Positions 13,487 through 25,517 of a stretch of 64,000 nucleotides of DNA are shown here, one piece after another. Position 1 is the stretch's first letter. Each line of letters opens with the position of its first letter. Origin of the DNA: Tubulanus polymorphus (taxonomy: Eukaryota; Animalia; Nemertea); NCBI RefSeq assembly GCF_964204645.1, contig NC_134031.1:12836088-12900087 (forward strand), written 5' to 3'. Below the pieces are notes generated by a model. The model was given only the letters and a program-made list of their open reading frames with translations. It was not told the origin of the DNA and did not search any database. Position numbers and translations under genes: made by a program.

Positions 13487-15076
13487 ATGGATGTAGAAGG
13501 TGGAGAAGCTTATGAAATGGGAGAAATGGGAAATAATAATGAAGGATTTATACCTGATGAACCACAACCTGATTTTAATGAAACTAATCTTGATAATGAT
13601 GATGGATCAGCATATAAATCTAATTTAGCAGATAGTGGTTCTAAAGCCCCTTCAACAGACGAGTTTGATAATAAAACTAAATCGAGAATAAATGCTGAAA
13701 ATGAAAATTTTAAAACATCTGGTTTCGATAGTGCACACTAGCAGTAGAGGTGACTGTAAAACCACCCGTCTGTCAACAGTGACTTTGTCATAGTAACTCC
13801 TACCATAACAGCTACTCTCAAAACACATCGTTTCTAAAAGTCAACTATAACACAAAACATAATCAGAAAGATCAAAGTCTTAAAGAAATAGCTTTCTAAT
13901 AGAAATATATTTCCTAATAATTCAAATTAATTCTCAGCTTATCACGGGACCATTTGAGCCGTTGTAGTTGCTAGTAATCGCAACCGACATAAGCAGGGAA
14001 GCAACTGAGAGGATCTCATATCCCGCTAGTCGGCCTCAGTTGCTGCGAATCGGAGCGCAGTCGACATAAGCTGGGTTGCGATCGCGGTTGCACTCAGTTG
14101 CGTCGGTAGGAGTCGGTAGGCGTCGCGTTGCTTGTCGACAAAAGCCAGCCTTTAGTAATCCTTCGTCACAGATAAATAGACGCAGCTGTCTAACTAACGG
14201 AGCTTTAGACTTCGGTTTATTGTCTCTGAGTACGGTTATTTCATAAGAATACGCGGCAGACTGAACAGATTTCACCCACAATTTTTCCGCATATCGAATA
14301 TCGCTAGCTTGAATCTCATTGTTCGCGGTAATGTTTTTCTTTGACGTAATCCGTTCAATGAATCGTAATACAAATACAGTAATCCTGAGCAGTTTCGCCA
14401 ATGACGGATATTTATTTATATCCAATACGCTAGCAATTCCTAGTTTCTGAGTCGAATCTGAGTCGCAAGGTTCATTAGTTTGAGCATGGACGTATAAACT
14501 AGAAGGACGACGCACCAGCCTAGTTCAAAGGAATCCACTGTATTTCCGACACTCGTTATCAGCGCTGAGTTAACACTTCACACATCTTGCCTATTTATAA
14601 TTTTAAACATATATTTGAAAGATCTGGATATAATATAAATGGTAGAGGTGCCAGATATTTAGTAAGAGAATTAAAATTTTTAGATGGTGAATATTATTAT
14701 CATTTGAAAGATGATTATTAAATTAATATCACTTATAAAATTCAAAACAAAATATTAGCAGAATCTAGAATTAAAAGAATAAGTAATAGTAATGAAATAG
14801 AAAATGTTACCGACACAGAAATAAATCAAAATAAAAGAGTTTTTAGACAAGGAATTAATGAATTATTTGAAATAATCAATAATAATTTAGAAACAGAAAC
14901 AACCTCTGAACAGAATATAACTTCCAAAACTAGTAAACTTAAATCAAATAAAGTTCCAATTGAAAAACTTTTACCAAATGGGTTACTTGATGCAACAGAT
15001 CAAGAATTAGAAGATTTAAATATATTTTCTGATAAAGCAATTAGAGAAATTATTAGTATAAGACTTGCATCTGACC
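13487..15076 (+). pseudogene. Homologue of the 452-aa coiled-coil/membrane gene, split by an insertion at ~13730-14585 and 3' truncated
   Basis: MDVEGGEAYEMGEMGNN...SNLADSGSKAPSTDEFD matches 30031. Homology resumes at ~14590 (FERSGYNINGRGAR...ETETTSEQNITSKTSKLKSN...KLLPNGLLD). Confidence 0.8.
14160..14540 (-). mobile_element. BEL/Pao LTR-retrotransposon pol fragment (RNase H-integrase linker region)
   Basis: LDINKYPSLAKLLRITVFVLRFI...IRYAEKLWVKSVQ...YEI...LVRQLRLFICDEGLL fits the Pao-type KLLRVTAYVLRFI...AE..WIK..Q...L..F.D..GLL pattern. Confidence 0.8.
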
Positions 15077-15077
15077 A

Positions 15078-15253
15078 GTGGAGATCACCGTACAGTCACG
15101 TACGGGTAACAACTTCGTACTTAAAATGGTATTGGCTACTAGGAACTCACATACGGCGTTAGTAGGGAACTCACGTACGGTTAACCTGTGGAGATCACCG
15201 TGTACAGTCACGTACGGGTAACAACTACGTACTTAAAATGGTATTGGCTACTA
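15078..15253. repeat. Direct duplication of a ~65-bp unit
   Basis: gtggagatcaccgt..acagtcacgtacgggtaacaact.cgtacttaaaatggtattggctacta occurs at ~15078 and ~15188. Mirrored at ~44575-44750. Confidence 0.85.
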
Positions 15254-16341
15254 CATAATAGGCCTTATAGACAAATAAATACCGGTAGGCTTTCTTAGCT
15301 TCCACACTTCACAACCGAACCAACTGACCAACCAGTATATTTAGTCCCAGCACGCACCAACCGGCACAGGCCTAACACTATTTGTCAACTGTGTGTACCG
15401 TAGTAGGCTATCGATAATCACCTGATACTTTTCTGTCGTTTGTTTTCTCTCTGAGACGAACGTAATTCTAGTAGCCATCCGCGACTCAACGACCTTGATT
15501 TAAACTTGATCAATTCAAAATCTGTTTATTGACGCTTTTGGTTACATGAACTGATCAGCAATATACTTAAATGAAATAACCGGAATAACAAAAAATCAAA
15601 AATATTAAAGAGGTTCCAAACAAATGCCCGTAAACCTGTCAGACACGCGAACGCCGGACTCGTAAACTCTTGGACTCGGACCCGCTGAGCAATAAATTCA
15701 TAAAATTGAATTTGAAATTGATTGTGGGGAAGAGAGGGAATGATTCGATAGCTCTTCCTAAAAAATCTGGGAGAAATGTCGGAAAGAAAACACAACACGG
15801 CTACTAATTGAACGGAGCCATATTTCCGATGTTTACGGCTCGACAGTGCCTTTATAACGTGGATTTATCAAAATTCCCATGCAGTATCTGGAGATTGAAG
15901 TGAGCAGAAGGATATCATACGTTTGTATGATACGATTGTATCGGCGACAGCGGTAAGGTAAGGAAGCCTTTACACTTTTAGCAAAAACTGTGTGGAAAAG
16001 GGAAAAATAAAAATAAATATAGCTGCAAAGCAGCGATAACGGGTTTCTGCCTTGCTGGATAAGGAGCGCCACCTAGGGGTCAGCTGATTACATGGCTATG
16101 TTGATCCACATGGGATACTACGCGAAAAGTTCAAATGTACCAAGGTTAGGGGAAATGACACCGAGAATAACGAAGATACGGTACTTTTACCATGCCCAAG
16201 TGGCCGGTAATTTGCCGGTTAGCATACTACTGAATTAAACAATCGAAAAAAACTGATGCTAGAATGAGTTTTCAACATAAACGCTCCCTAGTGGTTAGAA
16301 TAGGAACTAATTATGTTAGGGATTCGTTGTATTTTATATCC

Positions 16342-16800
16342 AGGTACATGTATATCAATTTTCATAGAAATCCCTTTATCCGCTTAGTAGCTATCAATGA
16401 AAATGCATTTCCAGCAACTTGTAGGTGGCGCTCCCAGAGAACCATATGAGTTACCTACTTAAACCATACATCACTACAAGTGTTTTGTAAAGGGCTACTA
16501 ACCACACATTCCAACAACGATTCTATTGGCAACGGTTAAGAACCTAGGAGCAGAAATCATTGTTTTCACAGTCCCCTGGTGGTAGGTACATGTGTATCAT
16601 TTTTTATAGAAATCCATTCACACGCTTAGTCGATATAGATGAAAATGCGTTTTCCGGCGTCTTATAGGTGGCGCTACTGGAGAACCATATGAGTTACATA
16701 GTTATACCATACATCAATACAAGCGTCTTCGCAATGGCTACTGGTCACTCGTTGCAACCACGATTCTATCTCCAACGGTTTAGGAGCTAGGAGCAAAAAT
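16342..16800. repeat. Two diverged ~242-bp tandem units with CTCF-like taggtggcgct motifs
   Basis: aggtacatgt.tatca.tttt.atagaaatcc starts at 16342 and 16584. Both units carry taggtggcgct...agaaccatatgagttac...ccatacatca.tacaag...cgattctat...caacggtt.ag.a.ctaggagca. Confidence 0.75.
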
Positions 16801-19800
16801 CTCATTAAAAAATTTGGGGGCCCATTTTCGAGCCCGTAGAGCCCAAACGGTTAATCGCAGATAGGGCGTGCCATTGACTTTTTTAACCTCCGGGCTGTTA
16901 TGAACAACTTTCGTGCTCGCCCGAAGCTGAAAAGTCAAAGACAAAACATTTTCTCACACAATAACTTTTCGATGTCACAATTTTTAAATGTAAAACACCC
17001 CCTGGTGGGTAAACGGGGTCCCCAATCAAAGATCCCTTCGACTTACCTCAAGGTACCTGCGTTCCGTACATCTGTAACAAAATTTCATTTCTCAAGACAG
17101 ATACCTCCTGCCCCTTTTTTATAAGCGTCCTTGCAGAAGATACCTTCCCCTTACTCCGGCGCCGACGATAACCCGCGACTCCTTAATCCCGAAATTGTTC
17201 CCGGTGGTAAATACTACCGCCGCTGTATTTATCTCGCCTTTTACACACGAAATAATTGTCGAAAGCTATCATGTACGATACCGTTTGAAAGAGGATTATA
17301 AAGTCTTGACTCGGTGCAAGTATCTCCGAATTTCATCGTTTTTAGGCGACACGAGCTGTAGTTTATTAGTTGAGGCGATTTCGCCGGTTTGTTTACTTCC
17401 GGTACGAGCACATGGCCCGCTCGACTAGCGGGAGAGTTTAAGTTTCTACACCGACGTCTTTCGGCTATCATTATAAGTTATCACCTTAATTTCTAGTCAC
17501 GAAGTTAACGCCCTTATATAGTCCTCAATATTACAAATCCAGTAGATGATTTCGGCACCTTCATATCCTAAAAATACCGAGAATTCGACGATTGAATCGA
17601 CTGAACTAATTGACCCTTGCGGTAAATGAGCGGTTATTTGGTCGATTAAATGTCGGTAATTAGATGGTAATTAAGTGTTTAATTGTCTGTTTGATATCGT
17701 CGGTTGTTTAGGGGTTATTTACCGACTAATTACCGACGGATAGGATTAACGACGATTTTCCGACGAACTTCCGACAGAAATGAGATGGCGGAAAATCGTC
17801 AGATTTTATTACCATAGTAGCAACAATACACGTAGTTTTAAAACGACGTTCAAATTCCATTTCTGATCACGATTTACAACCATCAGTCCAACAAATACCT
17901 CTGATTTACATGATTTATTTACAGCACTGTAGCGGAAATTCGTTTCAATTCGTTCTGTTCTTTTTATTTTCCAGCTGCAGAGTCCTCCCCAGCTCAGTCT
18001 AAAATTCATATTAAATTCCTATTAAAAGTTTGTATGATGTAAAATAAAACCTTATAATGTATTTGTAACTCTGAGACAAGAATGTTTAATGCTTTGGACT
18101 TCGGTCTGGTGGATTAGAAACTATTTTTATTTCTATCTTAATGAAATATTGTATGATTTAATCTAAATTCAAAAACTGTACCTAAAGACCTTTTCTATGT
18201 GTTCGGGTCACTCCCGGTTTGTATTTTTCGAGTTAATGTGCCTAAATCGATGTTCCCGTGCTTAAATCGATATTTTTATGCTGTGCTCTGTGCCCGAGAT
18301 GGCGCCACTATACGGTTCTTAATTATATTGTGTGCTCGGGGTGCTTTGTTTTAACCAATTAGATGGGGTTACGTCATAATCTGGGCTCTATAAAAGGCAA
18401 AAATGTGATTTATTAATTAGTCTCGGTGCACATTCTTAGGTGTGTATTACTAAGATTTTGAACTATGGGGGGAGGGATTAATCTAATTTTCTTAGTAAGT
18501 CATACTTAGCACTGATTCTCTTTAAGTATTTCTTGGTCCTTATTCTCAAAGTTGTTTTTCTTCCAAGATGTTTTCGGAAAACAATCTTTCAGGGTTCAAG
18601 GAGGTTTTCTCCTTCGAATTATTCCCGAAAGTATTCTTCTTTCCGATTTCCTCTCTTGGTTTTTCCCTCAACTTTTGAGTTTTCGGAGTAGTGACCATCT
18701 CTTACATAAACATAATAGGAAGAATGATTAAATAAATACTTAACTGGAACTATGATTAAATATAGCGAAAATTCTTATCTTTATTAAGAGCACTTAGAGT
18801 TACATCTTCTTTAGCGTAAAACGAGCGCAGGGTTTAAGTAACTATTGTTGAGTCGTAATGTTAGAATATCTGAAATCTTTATTCCTAATACTATTGAATT
18901 CTGGTGCGAGTCGTGCACTTGTATTAAGGGCAATATGCCCTTGTTAATCTCCTCCTTTGGTGGCCGGTTGGCCATCTTATCTACCTTAAATGTTGTAAAT
19001 AAGAGATAACCTCGAGGTTGTGTATATATTGTTCATTGTTCGAATATTTCCAAGAAATAATAAATAGTATTCAAGAGAATATTATCATATACATAAAATT
19101 CTAAATCTTTGCCTTTTTCCCTAAACTATTTTTGTGGTGTCGGATTTACTATCAATTGAGGAAAGGATTTTCTTGTGCATTTTTGGGATTCTGTGACTTC
19201 ACTTCAAAATATTCTTGAAGAATCTTGTGGGTTGGAGAGTTTAGGGCATCATGTAAGTCTTCAAAAAGGGGAAGCATTGAGGGCACCCTCTAGTGGGAGA
19301 GGCCAAATATTGGTGAATGCTCCTCGTTTTATTTAGTTGGTATCTATTATTCTTTTTGAAGCTAAACGCCTGATCAGGTCGGCTGTGGAGGCTGGAAATA
19401 CTTGTAGCGCTGGACGCAGTCCTGTATTTCCTCCTCAGTCGGAGAGAAAGCTAGGGGATTTTTATTTTATTTGACTCATTCATGATTCTTCTATTAATTC
19501 TTTTGGTCACAGTTTTTCATACATGCACACGCCTTTTTCATGGGTGATTTGTGAGGACATGCAGTCACCCGTGTTACAATTATGACTTATCACTGAGAAT
19601 TAGGACTCCTTTAAGTATTCTCACTCACCAGAGGAAGACTTGACCTTATTTTTCCGCGTTAAATCTCATGGAGGAAAACAAGAGAATTTTCCCCTTCTAG
19701 CTTCTCTACCTCCCAGATGCTAGTGACGTGAGCGAACCCTAGAAGCGACGCCTATATGCAACTTTTTTCTTAAATGTATAGGATTATAGAAAGAGAGAGA

Positions 19801-20636
19801 GAGAGTTACCTGTATTCCCTCTTGGTCGAGGAAATTCCGAGAGTTGAGACCTTAGACTTGACATTATGAATTTTAACGGAAATGGAAGTAGATTTTTGTA
19901 GTCACTTGCCAGAGCACGCTACCCCGAATCCCGGTATTCCGCTTCAGCACCACGACCAAACTGATCGGTGTGCGAGAGTGAAAACGGCGCCGAAAGTGGT
20001 GGATGCGATATGCCTAAAACAAAAGCGCGATACGAAGAGCAAATTTTATAATCGCCAAACGATTAACAAAATTACGACGACAAACTCCCGACGCTGATTT
20101 ATTACTTATACAGATCTTTTGTTAAGATAAGCGAAATTTCGGATACAATAATTTCGAAACTAAATTATAGATGGCAGCACCAACAGAGCGCTCTACAAAC
20201 TATATCATCTTACAAAAGTTTCTAACATCGATATCGTTAATCGCGTTGTACCGGAGCGTGCCGAAAATACGTCCGTCCGCCAACTGTGTTAATTCCCAAA
20301 TCTGCAAACAATATAACTAGTGAAGCACAAGCCGGATTTAGACCAAAATGGTCTACTATTGATCATATTCTACGATTTCTCGAGTTTGTGTAAATAAAAT
20401 AACTCACATGTATTGATATGTACTGATGTATAATATTTCCACGTCAAAAATAAAGTTCTAAATTGAATGTACACATACACATGAAACTCTCGGTTGACTT
20501 GTCTTACTCTTTATTTCTGACGAGCGTATGTTTGAACGTTCAAATGATTACTATGACTTAACTATGCACCAGCCCCCAGTGCCATTCTGAGAGGCTGTGT
20601 ATAGAACGATGACCACACTCAAACGTGGTGAACGGA

Positions 20637-20691
20637 TAATAAGATAAAATCCCACTATTTAATCTGTAAATAGTGGGATTTTATCTTATTA
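20637..20691. repeat. Perfect 25-bp-stem hairpin
   Basis: taataagataaaatcccactattta-atctg-taaatagtgggattttatcttatta. Confidence 0.95.
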
Positions 20692-20715
20692 GGCTGTGTA
20701 TACTTTACTGTTAGA

Positions 20716-20828
20716 TGCATCCCCCCGGCAAGGATTCGAACCCGATGGCATCGAGATTGCCACGGTTCGTGCCGAGGCTGAGTGTAGCGATGCCATCAGG
20801 TTCGAATCCCTGCTGCAAAGGGAGCATG
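20716..20828. repeat. Inverted repeat with a tRNA T-arm/B-box (GGTTCGAATCC) on each strand
   Basis: Arms 20728-20753 and 20788-20813 are complementary at 24/26 positions. No complete cloverleaf is visible. Confidence 0.75.
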
Positions 20829-20937
20829 TGTTAGATGGCTAACACATCTTTTTTAACCAAATTTTAGCCCGCGCTTTAAATGAATATTGTGACTCCCTTG
20901 GACCACCAATATATTAAAAAAATGTAACTTGACGATG

Positions 20938-21210
20938 AGAGTAATAGGGAATATCTTGTTTCATACCAAAGGTCGAAAGGTCGAGCTCATAAAAAATGAA
21001 AAATATGAAAATAATAACAATTTCTATTTGAATTAGTAGCGAAACTCATATAAAATGAAAAATAATTCTCGCACACTCGAATTTATTTTTCATTTTATAT
21101 GAGTTTCACTCCTAATTCAAATAGAAATTATTATTATTTTCATATTTTTCATTTTTTACTCACTAGCCCTTTCGACCTTTGATATGAAACAAGATATTCC
21201 CTATTACTCT
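20938..21210. repeat. ~273-bp imperfect terminal palindrome of element C
   Basis: agagtaatagggaatatcttgtttcata...aaaatgaaaaataa / ttatttttcatttt...tatgaaacaagatattccctattactct. Loop around 21066-21080. Confidence 0.93.
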
Positions 21211-21287
21211 TAAAATATTCATATATATGAATAAAATATAAATGAATAACTTCTAAAATCAATTTTAATAAAAATTATAGTATTAAA

Positions 21288-21539
21288 ATGGAAGCAAATA
21301 AGTACTACTGTTCAACATGTAATATCAATATAGATAAATCCCAAAAAGCAAGACACAATAAAACTAAAACACATTTAGAGTATAAATTGAAACTAGAATA
21401 TTTACAGTTATATTTAGAACAGTTAACAAAGGCAAAGAAATTTATTGATCAATGGAACAATGATCCAAATAATGAACAATACGTTGAGGAATTTGATATC
21501 AAGGAATCGAAACAACTTATCAAAAGCAGCGAGGAATGA
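21288..21539 (+). pseudogene. Chimeric ORF: pPolB N-terminal zinc finger fused to an HNH-protein C-terminal tail
   Basis: The first ~39 aa nearly equal ORF 38052 (MEANKYYC.TCNINIDKSQKARHNKTKTHLE). QLYLEQLTKAKKFIDQWN...EQYVE resembles the end of ORF 21617. Confidence 0.8.
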
Positions 21540-21616
21540 AAAAGGATGACATTGGTCGAAGAAATGGAAGAGGATTCTAAAATATTAACCAATTTAGTAA
21601 AAAATACATATAATAA

Positions 21617-22270
21617 ATGGAACCAGAACAACCACAAATTATCAATATTACAAATAACACTGCTGGTTTTATAAATACATATTACAAGAAGTGTTCTAAG
21701 TGTGAATTAGATAAATCATTAACAGAATTTAATAAGTGTAAGATTAGCAAAGATGGTTTTCAATATTGCTGTAAAACTTGTTTTAAACTATATACCAAAC
21801 AATATCGAGAAGATAATAGAGAAGCCTATAATGATTATATGACAGAATATATGAGAGAAAGATATCAAACAGATCTTAATTTTAGATTAAAACAATGTTT
21901 ACGGTCTAGATTAACACAATTATTCAACAAAGAAACACATTCAGAAACATTATCTAATTTGTTGGGTTGTTCAGATGAATTTTTCAAATCATGGATTATA
22001 TTTCAATTCGATGATAAAATGAATATAGATAATTATGGTGAATACTTTCATATTGATCATGTGTTGCCGATTTCTAAATTTGACATGAATGATGATTATA
22101 AAAAGAAGCTAATCTGGAACTGGAGAAATTTAAGACCTTTAGAAAAGAAGGAAAACATAATTAAATCTAACAAACTAGATATACAGTTATATTTAGATCA
22201 ACTGGATAAAGCAAAGACATTTGTTGAATTATGGAATTCAACACATAATGAAAAATACGTTGAATGTTAA
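21617..22270 (+). CDS. HNH endonuclease of the large-DNA-virus type with an N-terminal CxxC...CxxC zinc ribbon
   Basis: CSKC...DGFQYCCKTC; LRSRL...LLGCS.EFFKSWI.FQFDDKMNIDNYGEYFHIDHVLPISKFD...WRNLRPL.KKENIIKSNK. Intact 217 aa with a TAAATG start. Confidence 0.85.
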   Translation: MEPEQPQIINITNNTAGFINTYYKKCSKCELDKSLTEFNKCKISKDGFQYCCKTCFKLYTKQYREDNREAYNDYMTEYMRERYQTDLNFRLKQCLRSRLTQLFNKETHSETLSNLLGCSDEFFKSWIIFQFDDKMNIDNYGEYFHIDHVLPISKFDMNDDYKKKLIWNWRNLRPLEKKENIIKSNKLDIQLYLDQLDKAKTFVELWNSTHNEKYVEC

Positions 22271-23429
22271 ACGCTTAGAAAACCGGTTACTCTCGATCTA
22301 TGTCAAACCGCCTGTATGTAATTGTATTAGGTTGTTTACAAAAGCATCTGTCGCACGTTATATTCAGTTGAATAGGGCGCACCTCATTTGAATATTGATC
22401 GAATGTGCTATTTCAGTTGAAAAGGATTAATCAATTATATTACAAAAGAAGGAACATCTGTTGCACCAGACGGTGTTTAGCTAGTGAATAACTGGCAGTT
22501 ATAAACGCGCAGCACATAAGCATAGGAACGTATAGGATATTCTCTCTATAAACACAATTTTAGGAGTTTACAGTTATAAATGTAAGTACTGTTTTTGTTG
22601 TTATTAAGGCGTTGGGAAACGTTAAACTTGTAAAACTTATCCTGGTAAGATGCGCCACAAAATGGTCATGTTTAAGTGTTGTAATTAATATTTTACAACT
22701 ACAACTTCAAGTTAGTTTTATTCTACGTGAGATATTTATCTTTTAGATAACAAAATGAAGACCATTGAATCTAGAAAGTGAAGATAGATGGATGTGGAAT
22801 CAGAAATAATGGATATTTCAACTCATGAGACTGTAGCAGTTTAGCCATACTGTATAGGCTTTCAATGCATTACGTTTGCCGGGAATTTCAATTGCGTCAT
22901 TAAGCTATTGTTAATGACACACAGTGACAGATGTTGTATTGTACTTTATTGATTCCTGCATTCCACGCATAACTTACCGCTCCTCTCTGGAGCGGCTTGG
23001 AATGTGGAAATCGATAATGATTGTAGAATAAAATATATATGTATTTATGAAATAGTATTTCCAACAGTCAGTTCTTTGAATTTATTTTCAGTTTTAGGAT
23101 TTATTTATCGAGAATCCGAAATGACTTATCTGGACAGTTATAATTACTGCTCCTAATAGATAAACAAAAGTAGTGAGATAATCTAAATCCTAATTTAAAT
23201 AATATATAATAATAAAACAATAACTTCAACTAGCTAGTGAATTCTATTATGTTTTTAATACTTTCTTTTCAAAAGAGAATACTTTATATTTTGAATAGAT
23301 TCAAATAGAAATTCTTTTAAGTTCAAATAGCTAGTATCAGTAGTCAATACTAGAATTCTTTAGCTTTAACTAGCTAGTATCATTTTATAATACTTATAAT
23401 ATTTTTCTTATTAAATTTCTCTAATATAA

Positions 23430-24032
23430 ATGTCAAAGAAATCGAGTAAGAATAATACTGATATTGAAAAAACATTAGATGATTTGGGTATAAGTGATAA
23501 TAAAGATACAGTTGTTTCTTATTCTATTCAAGTTAATAACAATATAGATTATGAATACTATTTATATTGTAAGCATCATATAGAACTATTGATTGCCGGT
23601 GGAAAAACTAATGAGTTTTTAAATAGAATCATTACTTTTCAAGAACTAGATGCTATGAAACCAGATAAAGTAATAAAATATTTTAAGATTTATGAAGAAG
23701 CAAGATTAGCTAGAATAAATGATTCTATTTCAGATGGTATTGTCAAATGTTACTCTAAGTTATGTAACCAGTTAATACCAATTGATGATGAAAATAAATT
23801 ATATAGTGATTTGAAAAATGACTACTTAGTTATGACTGAATTACGAAAATGGGTCGGTTATGCTTCATTCCAATTAGGATCTGTTATGACATTAATTTCT
23901 ACTGGCGTCATAACATTTTCGAACATCAAGCCTATGGAATATAAATCAGGTAAGAACGAAACACATGTACTACAACCAAACGTCGAAACAGAAAATGAAT
24001 CAGAACAAAAATTAACTAAGATAAATGAGTGA
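23430..24032 (+). CDS. Polinton hypothetical protein, 200 aa
   Basis: Intact ORF with a TAAATG start and a hydrophobic segment (YASFQLGSVMTLISTGVITF). Overlaps the next gene. Confidence 0.75.
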   Translation: MSKKSSKNNTDIEKTLDDLGISDNKDTVVSYSIQVNNNIDYEYYLYCKHHIELLIAGGKTNEFLNRIITFQELDAMKPDKVIKYFKIYEEARLARINDSISDGIVKCYSKLCNQLIPIDDENKLYSDLKNDYLVMTELRKWVGYASFQLGSVMTLISTGVITFSNIKPMEYKSGKNETHVLQPNVETENESEQKLTKINE

Positions 24033-24393
24033 TAGCGTTAAGAAAAATGCTAGATCTGAAAAACAAATTAAATGGGCAAGAGAATTAGGTAAAAGATCTT
24101 CAGAATTAAAAAAAGCTAAGAAAAAGAAATTAACTGATATAAATGAATCACAGACTTTATCTGATATTAATTCAAATAACAATCCATCTGATTCTTCTAA
24201 TGCTGGAAGAAATAATTACTTATATATTACAATTGGATTAGTAACAGTTATTATATTATCCGGTGTAATATATAAATCAAAATTCAAATCTGATGATAAA
24301 GATGATTCCAATGACAATAAACCTATCATACCAGAAAATAAGTCAAATCATAAAGTCATTGAAACTAAATCTAAATTATTATTAATGGATTAA
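24025..24393 (+). CDS. Small single-pass membrane protein, 122 aa
   Basis: Basic N-terminus and TM-like YLYITIGLVTVIILSGVIY. TAAATG start. Confidence 0.7.
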   Translation: MSDSVKKNARSEKQIKWARELGKRSSELKKAKKKKLTDINESQTLSDINSNNNPSDSSNAGRNNYLYITIGLVTVIILSGVIYKSKFKSDDKDDSNDNKPIIPENKSNHKVIETKSKLLLMD

Positions 24394-24399
24394 AATAAG

Positions 24400-25517
24400 A
24401 TGAAAAAAGAACAATATTTAAGAGATTTATATTATAACCCAGAAAGTGAAGTATCATATTCTAACGTTACAGAATTATGGAATAAAATTAAATCCGATAA
24501 TGAAAATGGTAATGGTGCCGTATGGCACCCACACGGTGATATAAAATATAATGAGTTAAAATCATGGTTACAAAATCAACCAACATATCAAATTCACAAG
24601 AAAATGAATAAAACTTATTTAACAAGAAAAGTTATGGTTTCATATATCGATCAACAATGGCAAGCAGATTTAATTGACATGAAGAACTTAGAAGAATACA
24701 ACAAAGGATATTTCTGGATATTGAATGTTATAGACATATTCAGTCGATACGCATGGTCAATTCCAATCAAAATTAAAACTGGAATAGAAGTTACAAATGC
24801 TTTTAAATCTATATTCAAAGAAGATATTCCAGATAAGATACAATTTGATGAAGGTAAGGAATTTTATAACAAACATTTCAAAAAACTATTATCTGATAAC
24901 GATGTAAAATATTTTCAACACACTCAGATAAAAAAGCATCTATTATAGAAAGATTTAATAAAACATTGAAAACTAGAATGTGGAAATGTTTTACTGCTAA
25001 TGAAACATATAAATATATCGATGTATTAGATGATTTAGTGAAAGGTTATAATAATTCTAAACATTCAAGTATTGGTATGTAACCTATGCAAGCTAGAAAA
25101 GAAGATAATTCAGAAATAGTTTGGAATAATTTATATGGAGCATTTGTTACACATGATTTCGGTGAACCTAAATTTAAAATAGGACAACACGTTAGAATAT
25201 CTAAATATAGAAAAACATTTTATAAAGGTTATACCCCTAATTTTACAGACGAAATATTCAAGATTAAAAAGATAACATTAACTAAACCTTTTGTTTATAA
25301 ATTAGAAGATCTAAAAGATGAAGAAATATTAGGTTATTTCTATGAACAAGAATTATCATTTGTACCAAATCCAGATGAAATAGAATACAAAATAGAAAAA
25401 TTATTGAAATCAAAAACTCTTAAAGGAAAAAAGTATTCTTTGGTGAAATATAAAGGATACGATGATAAATTTAATGAATGGATTTTATCTAGTAAAATTA
25501 AAAGAATAAATGAATAA
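24400..25517 (+). pseudogene. Retroviral-like (rve/c-INT) DDE integrase with C-terminal chromodomain; one frameshift and one stop
   Basis: YLRDLYYNP, WQADLIDM, LNVIDIFSRYAWSIPIK.KTG.EV..AF, IQFDEGKEFYN, then after a 1-nt loss at ~24915 STHSDKKASIIERFN.TLK. In-frame TAA at ~25080. FKIGQHVRISK, GYTPNFTDEIF, chromo-like YKIEKLLKSK...LVKYKGYDDKFNEWI. Confidence 0.93.

Larger units (their letters stand above)
7036..15076 (+). mobile_element. Degenerate Polinton/Maverick-like element, copy A (internal fragment)
   Basis: Collinear, diverged homologue of element B (reverse complement of ~37640 to ~29350): pPolB, small ORF, minor capsid and membrane-protein genes, with many stops, frameshifts and deletions. 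Confidence 0.92.
20938..22270 (+). mobile_element. Polinton terminal derivative C: terminal palindrome + pPolB/HNH chimeric ORF + HNH gene
   Basis: Begins (AG)AGTAATAGGG like the right end of element B. It continues cttaaaatattcat and into the same MEANKYYC start, then ends abruptly after the HNH stop. Confidence 0.8.

Noticed and set aside
17073-19578. Solo LTR bounded by TGTAACA...TGTTACA with a TATA box at ~18388
   Set aside because: No TSD, PBS or PPT was seen, and the left motif looks like part of the neighbouring repeat family. It may be LTR-derived but cannot be supported.
20716-20828. tRNA gene
   Set aside because: Only the T-arm/B-box is present. No acceptor, D and anticodon arms could be assembled, and the sequence is an inverted repeat.
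24390-24402. Baculovirus late promoter ATAAG before the integrase
   Set aside because: A single occurrence in AT-rich DNA. It could equally be a mutated TAAAATG.
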